Shown piece by piece: positions 38,294-48,015 of a DNA stretch of 64,000 bases (the first letter of the stretch is position 1; each line of letters starts with the position of its first letter). Origin of the DNA: Minisyncoccota bacterium (GTDB lineage: Bacteria > Patescibacteriota > Minisyncoccia > Phycocordibacterales > UBA9973); contig JBAYVZ010000003.1 of NCBI GenBank assembly GCA_041674285.1, positions 20,606 through 84,605 of the forward strand, given 5' to 3'. The translations under genes were made by a program, and so were the position numbers. Under the pieces are notes generated by a model that saw only the letters and a list, made by a program, of their open reading frames with translations, had not been told where the DNA came from and ran no database searches.

Positions 38294-39277
38294 ATGAGCA
38301 ACACAGAAATCACGACAAACTACGCAGGGCAAATTACAAAAGCTCTCTTAGATTCAAATTCAGCTGGCTACGACTTTGCTAACCCTAAACAATGGGCTAG
38401 TGGTACGTACAACCCTTTTTATGTGGACAACAGAAACCTTCAATCACTCCCAGAAATCAGGAAAATTCTGAGAAAAGGATTGGCTTCTTTAATTAATGCA
38501 GAAGTTGATTATGTTTATGGTATTCCTAATGCAGGCATTGCCCCTGCTACACTCCTGGCTCTGGAATTAAACAAACCGTTGTTGTTAAAATTAAACGGAT
38601 TGTATTATTCCATTGACTTGAACTATGTAAAAGAGCTTGTCCGAAATAACTCAAAAGAAATTGTTTGGGGTACTGAGATCATCGCTGGTACGACACCCTT
38701 TGGTACTGTATGTGGAATAGTTGCAGCAGAAGAATCCGATCTGCCATTTGTATTTATCCGCAAGGAACCGAAGGGTCACGGATTGAACAAGCAAATCGAA
38801 GGGATTATCAAACCTGGCGCTTTTGTGACACTAATGGACCCAATAGTTAAAGAATTCGACAGGTACACAGAGATCGCCAAAACGGCCATAGTAGAATCTG
38901 GAATGGATCCACGTTACACATGGGAAATCCCATTAAAAATCGAAAAGGAAGCTGAAGGCATCCTCGGGGCTACGATAGTTAGCAATGAGGACCTGGTAAG
39001 TACCGGAGAATCCATGTTGAAAGAAATAACAGATTTAGCTGATGAATATTCAGCAAAAATCATTCCTATTTCGATTTTTGATTACAAGCTGAATTCTGCA
39101 GTTGAAAATTTCAAAAAACATGGGATAGAGAACCGTAGCGTGGTAGATTTCCTTGAGATTTTAAAAGCCCTCGGAGAGAAGGGTATGCCAGATGCAGATG
39201 AAAGAAAAATCTGGACTTGGTACATGGATCAACCCAACTGGGGAGACAAGAACGGCTTCCCTGCTGTTCGTAAATAA
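38294..39277 (+). CDS. pyrE: Orotate phosphoribosyltransferase-like protein with internally duplicated PRT segment
   Basis: WASG..PFYVDNR, RKEPKGHG...QIEG, EDLVSTGES. Confidence 0.75.
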   Translation: MSNTEITTNYAGQITKALLDSNSAGYDFANPKQWASGTYNPFYVDNRNLQSLPEIRKILRKGLASLINAEVDYVYGIPNAGIAPATLLALELNKPLLLKLNGLYYSIDLNYVKELVRNNSKEIVWGTEIIAGTTPFGTVCGIVAAEESDLPFVFIRKEPKGHGLNKQIEGIIKPGAFVTLMDPIVKEFDRYTEIAKTAIVESGMDPRYTWEIPLKIEKEAEGILGATIVSNEDLVSTGESMLKEITDLADEYSAKIIPISIFDYKLNSAVENFKKHGIENRSVVDFLEILKALGEKGMPDADERKIWTWYMDQPNWGDKNGFPAVRK

Positions 39278-39364
39278 CGTAAATAAAACAAGGGATTTAA
39301 AAAATAAAAAGAGGGCGACACTATCGTGTCCCCCTCTTTTTTAGTTTGGCTAACTTTTTTTAAT

Positions 39365-40252
39365 TTAATGAATTGATTGTTTTCTTAAACTAATAAATCC
39401 AGAAATTGAACTCTGTAATTTTATAGTTTCCCTTCTGGCAGCTTCAGCGAAATCTTCACCAGCAGATGCATACAAAATACCGCGCGATGAATTGATCATA
39501 ATTCCACCATTGTTAATATTCAAACCTGCAGCCAGTGTGGCCTCCAAGTCACCACCTTGAGCCCCAATCCCTGGAATAAGTCTATCCAACTCTCCACCTG
39601 TTTGTTCTACAATACGCTTTAAATCTTCAGTAAAAGTCGCACCGGTAACAAGCATGCAATTTTTGTTTTTGTTCCAGGTTTTTTCATCTGAAATACGCTT
39701 TGCTACATTCAAATACAATGGTAGTCCATTCTCGCAAATCATACCCTGGAATTCATCACTACCCTTGTTCGAGGTGCGGCACAATACGATGATACCGTTG
39801 TCTTTACGTTCCAAAAATGGTGTTAATCCCGTGTAGCCCATATATGGGTTAACGGTCACAGCATCAGCACCAATCACTTCAAATACAAAACGTGCATATC
39901 TTTCAGCGGAATTTTCAATTTCAGAGACTTTCATGTCGAGTATAGATCGTATACCTTTTGATTTAGCATGGGCCACAATACTCTCCAAAATACTCGAACC
40001 GATAGCTCCGTACGGCAAGTAGAAAGCCAAATTTGGCTTGTAAACTTTTACAACATCACAAGTGGCATCAATAATCTTGTTATTAAAGAAAACCATAGAG
40101 TCATGGATGTGATTATCTGAACCCCATTCCCCGCCAATTTGTTCTTTGACAGAAATCGGGATTTTTTCATAATCAGTGTCCATACCTACGCAAACCATTC
40201 TTTGATCTGCATCCATCTGACGCATTGCGTCCATAAAATTAATTGTACTCAT
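39365..40252 (-). CDS. pyrF: Orotidine-5'-phosphate decarboxylase
   Basis: CVGMD, KPNLAFY, ILDMK, TVNPYMG, RTSN, LIPGIGAQGG, NSSRGI. Confidence 0.93.
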   Translation of the reverse strand: MSTINFMDAMRQMDADQRMVCVGMDTDYEKIPISVKEQIGGEWGSDNHIHDSMVFFNNKIIDATCDVVKVYKPNLAFYLPYGAIGSSILESIVAHAKSKGIRSILDMKVSEIENSAERYARFVFEVIGADAVTVNPYMGYTGLTPFLERKDNGIIVLCRTSNKGSDEFQGMICENGLPLYLNVAKRISDEKTWNKNKNCMLVTGATFTEDLKRIVEQTGGELDRLIPGIGAQGGDLEATLAAGLNINNGGIMINSSRGILYASAGEDFAEAARRETIKLQSSISGFISLRKQSIH

Positions 40253-40374
40253 ATTCCTATATATATTTAAGGGTTTTTGTATACATTACAAGATATATAG
40301 TCTATGTCAATACAAAAAATTTTGATTTTAAGGGTTGAACTGATACTATAGAGCAAAACATTCAAAAAAAATAA

Positions 40375-41061
40375 ATGGAAAAACAAGAAAAACTAGTAAA
40401 ACTGCTTTTAGAAAAAGGAATTATTAAATTCAGATCCGAGGAACCAGTCGAAGAGAACCCTCAAATCAAGAGCCCTATGTACACCGACTTTGCTATGATT
40501 GTAGATTGGGATGAAATATCATCACTATCTACAGAAATATTGGCATCAAAAATTGATCAGAAAATAAATGAACTTGGTTTAATTTTTGATTTCATTGTTG
40601 GAATAAGCACAGCCGGCATACAAGTGGGTAAATTGATCGCTGAAAAATACGACAAACCATTCACGAGAATCAAAAGTGGCCAAACATACTCAGGAAATTC
40701 TGGAGACAATAATTTCATGCACGAACCACACTTTGTGAGCGGCAAAAAAGCCCTAGTAGTAGAGGACATTATTTACGCCAATGGAAATATGGTAAAAGAA
40801 GTGGATCTGATACGAAGACTCGGGGCTAGCGTAGTGATGGGGGCATCCATTCTCACCTACAACAACCTTGATTACCAAGGAGAGATCATTGAGAAGCAAA
40901 TTCCACTAGTTAATTCTCTAACAATCGACGAGGTTTTGATTATTTGCATTAAAAAAGAAATAATAAAGCCAAACGATTTTGAGATTCTAAAGAATTTTTT
41001 CATTGACCCCCGAAGCTGGTACAACAAGAACTTCCCAAACACAGCAATCGGGTCTAATTAG
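40375..41061 (+). CDS. Second phosphoribosyltransferase (PyrE-like, divergent)
   Basis: SPMYTD, GISTAGI, LVVEDIIYANG PRPP loop. Confidence 0.72.
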   Translation: MEKQEKLVKLLLEKGIIKFRSEEPVEENPQIKSPMYTDFAMIVDWDEISSLSTEILASKIDQKINELGLIFDFIVGISTAGIQVGKLIAEKYDKPFTRIKSGQTYSGNSGDNNFMHEPHFVSGKKALVVEDIIYANGNMVKEVDLIRRLGASVVMGASILTYNNLDYQGEIIEKQIPLVNSLTIDEVLIICIKKEIIKPNDFEILKNFFIDPRSWYNKNFPNTAIGSN

Positions 41062-41170
41062 CACATTCACCAAAACAAAAAAATCCCTTACGATTCATTC
41101 GTAAGGGACTTTTTTATTTAAGCTTACAACTGTATAGAACAAAAAGCACCCGTATGGGTGCTTTTTTATA

Positions 41171-42256
41171 TTATTTACCACTATTTAGATATTTTGGAAT
41201 AAAGACTAGAAGTATTTTATAAAAATCCTCTATCGCCTTTATCTCTACGTATTCATCTTTTGTGTGAATATTAGGAGAATCAATGCGGGTAATTATAGCT
41301 GGTATTCCCAATTCTGAAAAAAATCTTGCATCCGAGCTACCCTCCATCTTTCCAAACTCAATCTTTTTACCCAAGACATCAGCGGATACTTTTTTATACA
41401 TCTGAACAAAAGGATGCTTTGGATCCTGAATAAACGGCTCCCCTGACATCACAACCTCAGCATTTGAAAACAGAGAATTAATCTTCTTTAAGATAAACTC
41501 TTTATCTTTTATGCCTGGATATCTGACATCCAATAGCATCTCAGCATAATCAGGAACTTTATTTACAGCATCACCACCTTTTATCAAGCCTAAATTCATA
41601 GTGGTTTTCCATTGTCTGGTTTTTAATTCAGGAATTATTTTTCTAAGCTTTAAATAATCTTTTATTAATTTATCAATCGCATTCTCGCCCCAAAAAGGTC
41701 GTGATCCGTGAGCACTCTTACCAAAACCTTTTAGTTTTAATTGCAAAATACCCTTTTTATTTACAACGATAGTAGACAACTCTGTTCCCCCATCAGGAGC
41801 AATGACGAGGCCCGCGCGGTATTTTTCTTTTTTTATTAAATACTCAGTACCATTCCTGCCCCCAATCTCCTCATCGGTAGTCAGCATGAGTGCGACAGAA
41901 TTATGCTGTCCATCTCGAGCAAAAGTCCTAAGAGCGAGCATCATAGCAGCACAGCCAGCCTTCATGTCCCCTGTACCCCGACCATACATCCTACCCTTTT
42001 TAACTACAGGATTGAATTGGTCTATATTTCCAGGCACAACGTCTAAATGCCCAGACAAAATCAAGTCAAAATTTTTACCCTCAGACAAACTAACAATAAT
42101 GACAGGATAATCATTTTGATTAAAAACTTTTACAAAGACTTGCTCATTCTCAAAGAATTTTTTAACAAACTCAACAATGTCAAACCGACCATCATTTTTA
42201 CTACTGTCTATCTTGACCAAATTAGAGGTTAATTCAATTAATTCTTTTTTATCCAT
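41171..42256 (-). CDS. M20-family metallo-amidohydrolase (DapE/ArgE-like)
   Basis: SGHLDVV, GRGTGDMK, DEEIGG, SAHGSRP, SDARFF, IH..DE. Confidence 0.9.
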   Translation of the reverse strand: MDKKELIELTSNLVKIDSSKNDGRFDIVEFVKKFFENEQVFVKVFNQNDYPVIIVSLSEGKNFDLILSGHLDVVPGNIDQFNPVVKKGRMYGRGTGDMKAGCAAMMLALRTFARDGQHNSVALMLTTDEEIGGRNGTEYLIKKEKYRAGLVIAPDGGTELSTIVVNKKGILQLKLKGFGKSAHGSRPFWGENAIDKLIKDYLKLRKIIPELKTRQWKTTMNLGLIKGGDAVNKVPDYAEMLLDVRYPGIKDKEFILKKINSLFSNAEVVMSGEPFIQDPKHPFVQMYKKVSADVLGKKIEFGKMEGSSDARFFSELGIPAIITRIDSPNIHTKDEYVEIKAIEDFYKILLVFIPKYLNSGK

Positions 42257-42324
42257 ATTTTTAATATATCATATTTAATCTAATAAATAAGGAGGTCACA
42301 GAGACCTCCTTATAGACAACAACC

Positions 42325-43194
42325 TTACAAAACCAACCCAAATGTAGTATCCGTTGCTCCATGAATTTTGTAATTCTTTCGAGAATTCCACAACCCACCA
42401 GCATAAACATAATCCTTTATTTGTGGACTATACACAAAGAACAACCGAAATATCATCGGATCGCCATTACGCAACATAGGAGCAATAAATGACTGATAAT
42501 ACATAGAATTGTTTTCCTCTAGTACCCTTTTAATTCTAGTTTTTGTAGATATCCCGCTTATACCAGAATCTTCAAGAATTTTTTTGTGCGGGTACCATAT
42601 CTCCACACCTCTAGCTTTAGAACATTGTTTAGCTTTCAAGCAAAAACCTAAATCCCACTCAAAGTCATTAAAATCATCCACTGTAACTTCTTTCCATAAA
42701 CCCATTTCTAGGCCGTAACTCTTGTTTCCCTTTTGCTTCAAAGAACTTACTGATCGATTTTCAAATTTATGAAATTCTTCTTCGTTGGGTTCTGCTTTTA
42801 TCAAAAGTAAGTCTTGTGAATTTAAAGCATCTTCCATTGATATCATAGGAGTCCAGCAATCATAGCGACCATCTCGCCTCTCTGATAAAACTGTTTTAAA
42901 TTCCGGCCAATAAGGATTTATTTCCTTAAGCGTTTCTCTAAAACGAGGATTTGTCTCGTTAGCAATGCCCATACCACTAGGTCTCTCTTCAACTTCATAG
43001 ATATGTATTTCGGAGTCTTCCCGGAGTACACAATCCAACCTGATAAACAGCGAAGGTACACCAAAATTATGCTGAACCCAAGTTTCTTCTTTTGAAAAAA
43101 AATCTTTCCATTTATTTATTAAGGATAAGGCTTGTTTTTCGCATAAAGCTGATAATTTATACTCTTCATATGAGTAATTATTTTTCCAATTCAT
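42325..43194 (-). CDS. Hypothetical protein, possibly circularly permuted ATP-grasp-like
   Basis: FIRLD...IYEVEERPSGMG; start at MNWKNN. Confidence 0.55.
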   Translation of the reverse strand: MNWKNNYSYEEYKLSALCEKQALSLINKWKDFFSKEETWVQHNFGVPSLFIRLDCVLREDSEIHIYEVEERPSGMGIANETNPRFRETLKEINPYWPEFKTVLSERRDGRYDCWTPMISMEDALNSQDLLLIKAEPNEEEFHKFENRSVSSLKQKGNKSYGLEMGLWKEVTVDDFNDFEWDLGFCLKAKQCSKARGVEIWYPHKKILEDSGISGISTKTRIKRVLEENNSMYYQSFIAPMLRNGDPMIFRLFFVYSPQIKDYVYAGGLWNSRKNYKIHGATDTTFGLVL

Positions 43195-43621
43195 ATTTCG
43201 ATTATATTTATTTTTTAAAGAACTATAAGGTAGCTCTGTTACCTGAGATTTTGTTTTGGTGAGCCTCACGCTCCCGTTTATACTAGATGACCTCATCTCG
43301 TATAAATATAGCAACAGCTATAGTGATTTTTTTCGAACCACCATTCTTGGGGTTTCTAGACTCCCCAAGAACACTGATACGAAAACAAACACCAGATCTC
43401 GTATTTGAGAGCTGGTGTTTGTTTTGAGTTAGTTTCTTAGTTTAATTAAATATCAACGCAAATATCAGCTTTCAAATTTGAAAGCTTCCAGAAGATGACA
43501 TATGCGATATTGTTGATATTTCTATCCATAATTTATTTATAGCATGTATATAAATTTATGCAAGAATACAAAAAAGCACCCAATGGGTGCTTTTTGTGAT
43601 AGAGATTTAAAATAGGATAGA

Positions 43622-44467
43622 CTATTTCTTTGCTTTACCAACACGTCGTCGTGAGACAATGTGCATATTTGAGTATTTCTTTGGTGTACGAGTCTTCTGG
43701 CCCTTTCCAGATGGCTTTCCCCACATAGTCTTGGCACGGCGTAGACCTCGTCCTTGAGCTCCTTCACCTCCTCCGTATGGGTGGTCTACAGGGTTCATGG
43801 CACTTCCACGTACTGTAGGGCGGATACCCTTCCAGCGTGAACGTCCAGCTTTACCAAAATTCTGAAGATGGAATTCTCCATTTGAAACTTCACCGATACA
43901 TGCCCAGCAGTTTTCAGAAACTTTTCGAACTTCTGTAGATGGCATCTTGATGTTTGTAAAACCATCATCGTTTGCAACTACTTGTCCGAATACTCCTGCT
44001 GCACGTACTAGTTTTCCACCGTTACCTGGCTTTATCTCGATGTTGTATACAAATGTACCAACTGGGATAATCTTCAAAGGCATACGGTTTGCAACTGTTA
44101 GTGGTGCTTTTTCTCCGACTGTAAACTTGTCCCCTACTTTTACAGACTTTGGAACCACTACATAACGCTTTTCTCCGTCAGCATATACTGCAAGACCGAT
44201 AAATGCATTTCTGTTTGGATCGTATTCTATAGAAGTTATCTTTGCTGGGATATCATGCTTGTTGTACATAAAGTCAACTTCACGATACAGACGCTTGTGA
44301 CCACCCCCCTTGTGGCGAGTAGTGATGCGACCCTGGTGATTGCGTCCAACTGAACGCTTGAAACCGTGAGTCAAAGATTTTTCAGGTGTACTTGTTGTAA
44401 GAACATTGCGGTATGAGACAGTAGTCTGATGACGCTTTGATGGTGTTGTAGGTTTATATGTTTTCAT
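43622..44467 (-). CDS. rplB: 50S ribosomal protein L2
   Basis: GGGHKRLYR; EYDPNR; RP.VRG.AMNPVDHP.GGGEG. Confidence 0.98.
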   Translation of the reverse strand: MKTYKPTTPSKRHQTTVSYRNVLTTSTPEKSLTHGFKRSVGRNHQGRITTRHKGGGHKRLYREVDFMYNKHDIPAKITSIEYDPNRNAFIGLAVYADGEKRYVVVPKSVKVGDKFTVGEKAPLTVANRMPLKIIPVGTFVYNIEIKPGNGGKLVRAAGVFGQVVANDDGFTNIKMPSTEVRKVSENCWACIGEVSNGEFHLQNFGKAGRSRWKGIRPTVRGSAMNPVDHPYGGGEGAQGRGLRRAKTMWGKPSGKGQKTRTPKKYSNMHIVSRRRVGKAKK

Positions 44468-44472
44468 AAAAA

Positions 44473-44799
44473 TTATACAAATTCAATCTTATCGCCCTTC
44501 TTTAAATATACGACCGCCTTTTTACCACCCTGTTTCTTTCCAGATTTACCACGGATAAAAACAATTTTTTCTGTGATTTGTGTTGTTGTCACTCTTATTG
44601 GAGTAACTCCGTAAAGCATTTTGATTGCCTTTTTGATCTCTGTCTTGTTTGCATTTGTTGCTACATTGAATGTATAAGCATTGTTTTGTGCAGCACGTGC
44701 AGCTTTTTCAGTAATACGAAGCCCTTTTATAAGAGGATGTGTCTTTGTCGCCTTTTCATCTACCTTAGTATCTACTTTTTTTGTTTTTGTTGTAGCCAT
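44473..44799 (-). CDS. rplW: 50S ribosomal protein L23
   Basis: ITEKA; ANKTEIK; KKAVV.L. Confidence 0.95.
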   Translation of the reverse strand: MATTKTKKVDTKVDEKATKTHPLIKGLRITEKAARAAQNNAYTFNVATNANKTEIKKAIKMLYGVTPIRVTTTQITEKIVFIRGKSGKKQGGKKAVVYLKKGDKIEFV

Positions 44800-44803
44800 A
44801 AAA

Positions 44804-45472
44804 TTATTTCTTTTCTATTTTACCTCCCAAAAACGCAACAGATTCTGTTGGAGAAGCAATAATAAGATATTTATATGAAAGAAGGTCGACTGGATTCATG
44901 TTGCGAACTTCGTCAATCTCAGCGATTGGGATGTTTGCAAAACTCTTCTTTAAGACATCATTTTTTGCAGGAACTGTGATGTAAGCTTTTGGCTTTGTAC
45001 CTACACAGATTTTTTCAAATCCAGATACAGTACTCAAATCTTTCAACACAGCAATTGCGTCCTTTGTTTTGATATTTTTCATTGAAAGATCTTCAACAAA
45101 CAATATTTCACCATTCTTGAATTTCTTTGAAAGAACTGTGAATAGAGCTTGAATCTTCATCTTCTTGTTGATTTTCTGAGCGTAGATCTTATCGTTGCGT
45201 GGACCATGTGTCACACCTCCGCCTACCCAGATAGGTGAGCGAGATGAACCGTGACGTGCACGTCCTGTTCCCTTTTGTTTCCAAGGCTTGCGTCCTCCAC
45301 CACGAACTTCTCCGCGTGTTTTGACATGAGCTACAGGTGTACGAGCATTTGCTTGCATAGCTGTAACTACTTGGTGAACTAGGTCAGCGTTCCATTTTAG
45401 ACCAAAAACTTGCTCTGGAAGTTTTAGACTTCCAACAGACTTACCCTTTTGATTGTATACTTGTGTTTCCAT
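44804..45472 (-). CDS. rplD: 50S ribosomal protein L4
   Basis: RGEVRGGGRKPWKQKGTGRARHGS. Confidence 0.97.
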   Translation of the reverse strand: METQVYNQKGKSVGSLKLPEQVFGLKWNADLVHQVVTAMQANARTPVAHVKTRGEVRGGGRKPWKQKGTGRARHGSSRSPIWVGGGVTHGPRNDKIYAQKINKKMKIQALFTVLSKKFKNGEILFVEDLSMKNIKTKDAIAVLKDLSTVSGFEKICVGTKPKAYITVPAKNDVLKKSFANIPIAEIDEVRNMNPVDLLSYKYLIIASPTESVAFLGGKIEKK

Positions 45473-45476
45473 AATA

Positions 45477-46076
45477 TTATCCTATGACTTCCACTAGAGT
45501 ACCACGTCGTCCAGGGATTGCGCCTTTAATGAGTAATTGGTTGTTTTCAACATCTACGCCGACCACTTTCAAGTTGCGAACTGTGATACGATCACCGCCC
45601 ATACGTCCCGCCATGCGCATACCTTTTGGTACACGATTACGTAGACCTCCACCGATAGAACCTGGCTCACGCTCAGAATGCTTCTGACCGTGTGTACGAG
45701 GACCTCCGGCAAAGCCGTGACGCTTCACTACACCTTGAAAACCTTTTCCTTTTGATACACCTGATACAATAACTGTATCCCCTTTAGCAAAACTGCTGAC
45801 AGTGATACGATCACCGACTGCGATTTCTTCGATATCGCGAAACTCTCGAAGATGCTTGTAAGCACCCTCCTTAACATGGCCCAGGTGTGCTTTTGTCGCA
45901 CGCTCCTTTTTCTGATCGAGGAATGCTACTTGAACAGCAGTATAGCCATCAGATTCTGGAGTCTTCACTTGAGTAACGACAATAGGACCCGCATCGATAA
46001 CCGTTGCTGGAACCACTGTACCGTCCTCTTCGAAGAACTGCACCATATTCTGTTTTTTACCTAGAATAAATTTCAT
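45477..46076 (-). CDS. rplC: 50S ribosomal protein L3
   Basis: DGYTAVQ; SKGKGFQGVVKRH; MAGRMG. Confidence 0.97.
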   Translation of the reverse strand: MKFILGKKQNMVQFFEEDGTVVPATVIDAGPIVVTQVKTPESDGYTAVQVAFLDQKKERATKAHLGHVKEGAYKHLREFRDIEEIAVGDRITVSSFAKGDTVIVSGVSKGKGFQGVVKRHGFAGGPRTHGQKHSEREPGSIGGGLRNRVPKGMRMAGRMGGDRITVRNLKVVGVDVENNQLLIKGAIPGRRGTLVEVIG

Positions 46077-46093
46077 AAATATATAGTCTCTAA

Positions 46094-46447
46094 TTACATC
46101 ATTTTCACATCAATATCTACTCCGGACGGAAGAGACAAGTTTGTCAACGCCTCGATAGTCTTTGGATTTGGGTTCAAGATATCGATAACACGCTTGTGAA
46201 TTCTTATTTCAAACTGTTCACGAGCATTCTTGAATACGAATGATGCACGGTTCACAGTGTACTTCTTTATTTCAGTTGGAAGAGGGATTGGACCGACGAT
46301 CTTTGCATCGTAGCGAAGTGCTGTATCGATAATCTGCTTGACACTAGTGTCAAGAATCTTATTTTCATAAGCTCTTACGCGGATACGAAGTCGAACGACA
46401 CCGTCCTCTTTCACCTTTTTTTCTTTTTTAACGGTAGTTGTAGTCAT
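46094..46447 (-). CDS. rpsJ: 30S ribosomal protein S10
   Basis: GPIPLPT; REQFEIRIHKR; LPSGVDI. Confidence 0.97.
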   Translation of the reverse strand: MTTTTVKKEKKVKEDGVVRLRIRVRAYENKILDTSVKQIIDTALRYDAKIVGPIPLPTEIKKYTVNRASFVFKNAREQFEIRIHKRVIDILNPNPKTIEALTNLSLPSGVDIDVKMM

Positions 46448-46542
46448 ATAATGAGTTGTTAAAGTTTATAAAGTAAAAAGTTTATAAAGTAAATGTATTT
46501 GTACCTACTTTCAACTTTCAACTTTCAACTTAAAGGCAATTG

Positions 46543-47742
46543 CTACGCAATTATCTTTGTTACGACACCAGCACCGACTGTCTTACCTCCTTCACGGATA
46601 GCAAAGTGTGTTTGATCTTCGAGAGCTACAGGAGTAACTAGTTTTACCTTTAGTTTTACTGTATCGCCTGGCATAACCATCTCTACTCCCTCTGGAAGTG
46701 TTGATTCACCTGTTACGTCAGTTGTACGGATGTAAAATTGTGGCTTGTAACCAGTAAAGAATGGAGTGTGGCGACCACCTTCCTCCTTCTTTAGAACGTA
46801 AACTTCACATTCAAATTCTGAGTGTGGAGTAACTGAACCGATTTTAGCAAGAACTTGTCCACGAGTGATATCTTCTTTTTTGATACCACGGATAAGGATA
46901 CCTGCGTTGTCGCCAGCCATACCTTCTTTTAGGTTTTTGTTGAACATTTCGATACCAGTAACTGTAGTCTTTACAGTGTCCTTGATTCCGACGATTTCTA
47001 CGTCTTCACCAACTTTCACGATACCACGCTCGATTTTACCTGTAACCACTGTTCCACGTCCTTCGATAGAAAAGATATCTTCGATTGGCATTAGGAATGG
47101 CTTTGTAACATCGCGTTATGGTTGTGGGATGTATGTATCTAGAGCATTTGCAAGATCTAGGATCTTCTTTGCCCATTCATCATTGTTATCTGCTGATTCT
47201 AGGGCCTTTAGAGCTGAACCACGGATAACTGGAGTGTTTGCACCATCGTAACCGTTCTTTGTAAGCAATTCACGTAGTTCTTCTTCAACAAGTTCCAACA
47301 TGTCTGCGTCATCCACCATGTCACACTTGTTAAGAAATACGACGAATTGTGGCACACCAACCTGCTTTGCTAGGAGCACGTGTTCACGTGTCTGTGGCAT
47401 TGCACCGTCAGTAGCTGCAACAACAAGAATAGCACCGTCCATTTGAGCGGCACCAGTAATCATGTTTTTGATGTAGTCAGCGTGACCTGGAGCATCGATG
47501 TGAGCGTAGTGGCGAGCTGGTGTCTCATATTCATTGTGAGACAAAGCGATTGTGATTCCACGAGCTTTTTCTTCAGGAGCTGAGTCAATATCACCCACCC
47601 CCTTTAGTTTTGCACTATATCCACCACCTTGGCGAGCCAATGTGTTAAGGATTGCTGCTGTTAAAGTCGTCTTGCCGTGGTCAACGTGGCCAATAGTACC
47701 AACGTTTACGTGCGGCTTTGAACGATTAAATTCTTCTGCCAT
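46543..47742 (-). CDS. tuf: Elongation factor Tu, interrupted by one in-frame TAA at 47116-47118
   Basis: [22 protein letters not shown]; reading [17 protein letters not shown] continues in the same frame to [10 protein letters not shown]. Confidence 0.95.
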
Positions 47743-47755
47743 ATATGTTTTATTG

Positions 47756-47802
47756 GTCCCCCACCACTTAACGAATTTAAAATTCTATAAGTGGTGGGGG
47801 AC
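47756..47802. repeat. Perfect 15-bp inverted repeat in the tuf leader
   Basis: GTCCCCCACCACTTA-N17-TAAGTGGTGGGGGAC. Confidence 0.8.
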
Positions 47803-48015
47803 ATAAATTATTAATAATTATTATTTCACCTGCACCTAGCTAAGGCTCAGGTCCCTTTTTTAGGAGGGCACGCAGAAAATGCGATGAACCAATAGTAGCA
47901 AATTTCAGTAAAATGTCAAATAGATTAGGTGCTAGTAATTAGTGACTATTTACTAGTAAAAAACACAAAAGAGCCCGATTGGGCTCTTTTGTACTAACAA
48001 CTAGAAACTAATTCT

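Noticed and set aside
47116-47118. Stop-codon reassignment
   Set aside because: TAA, TAG and TGA all end genes normally here, and no other core gene is interrupted.
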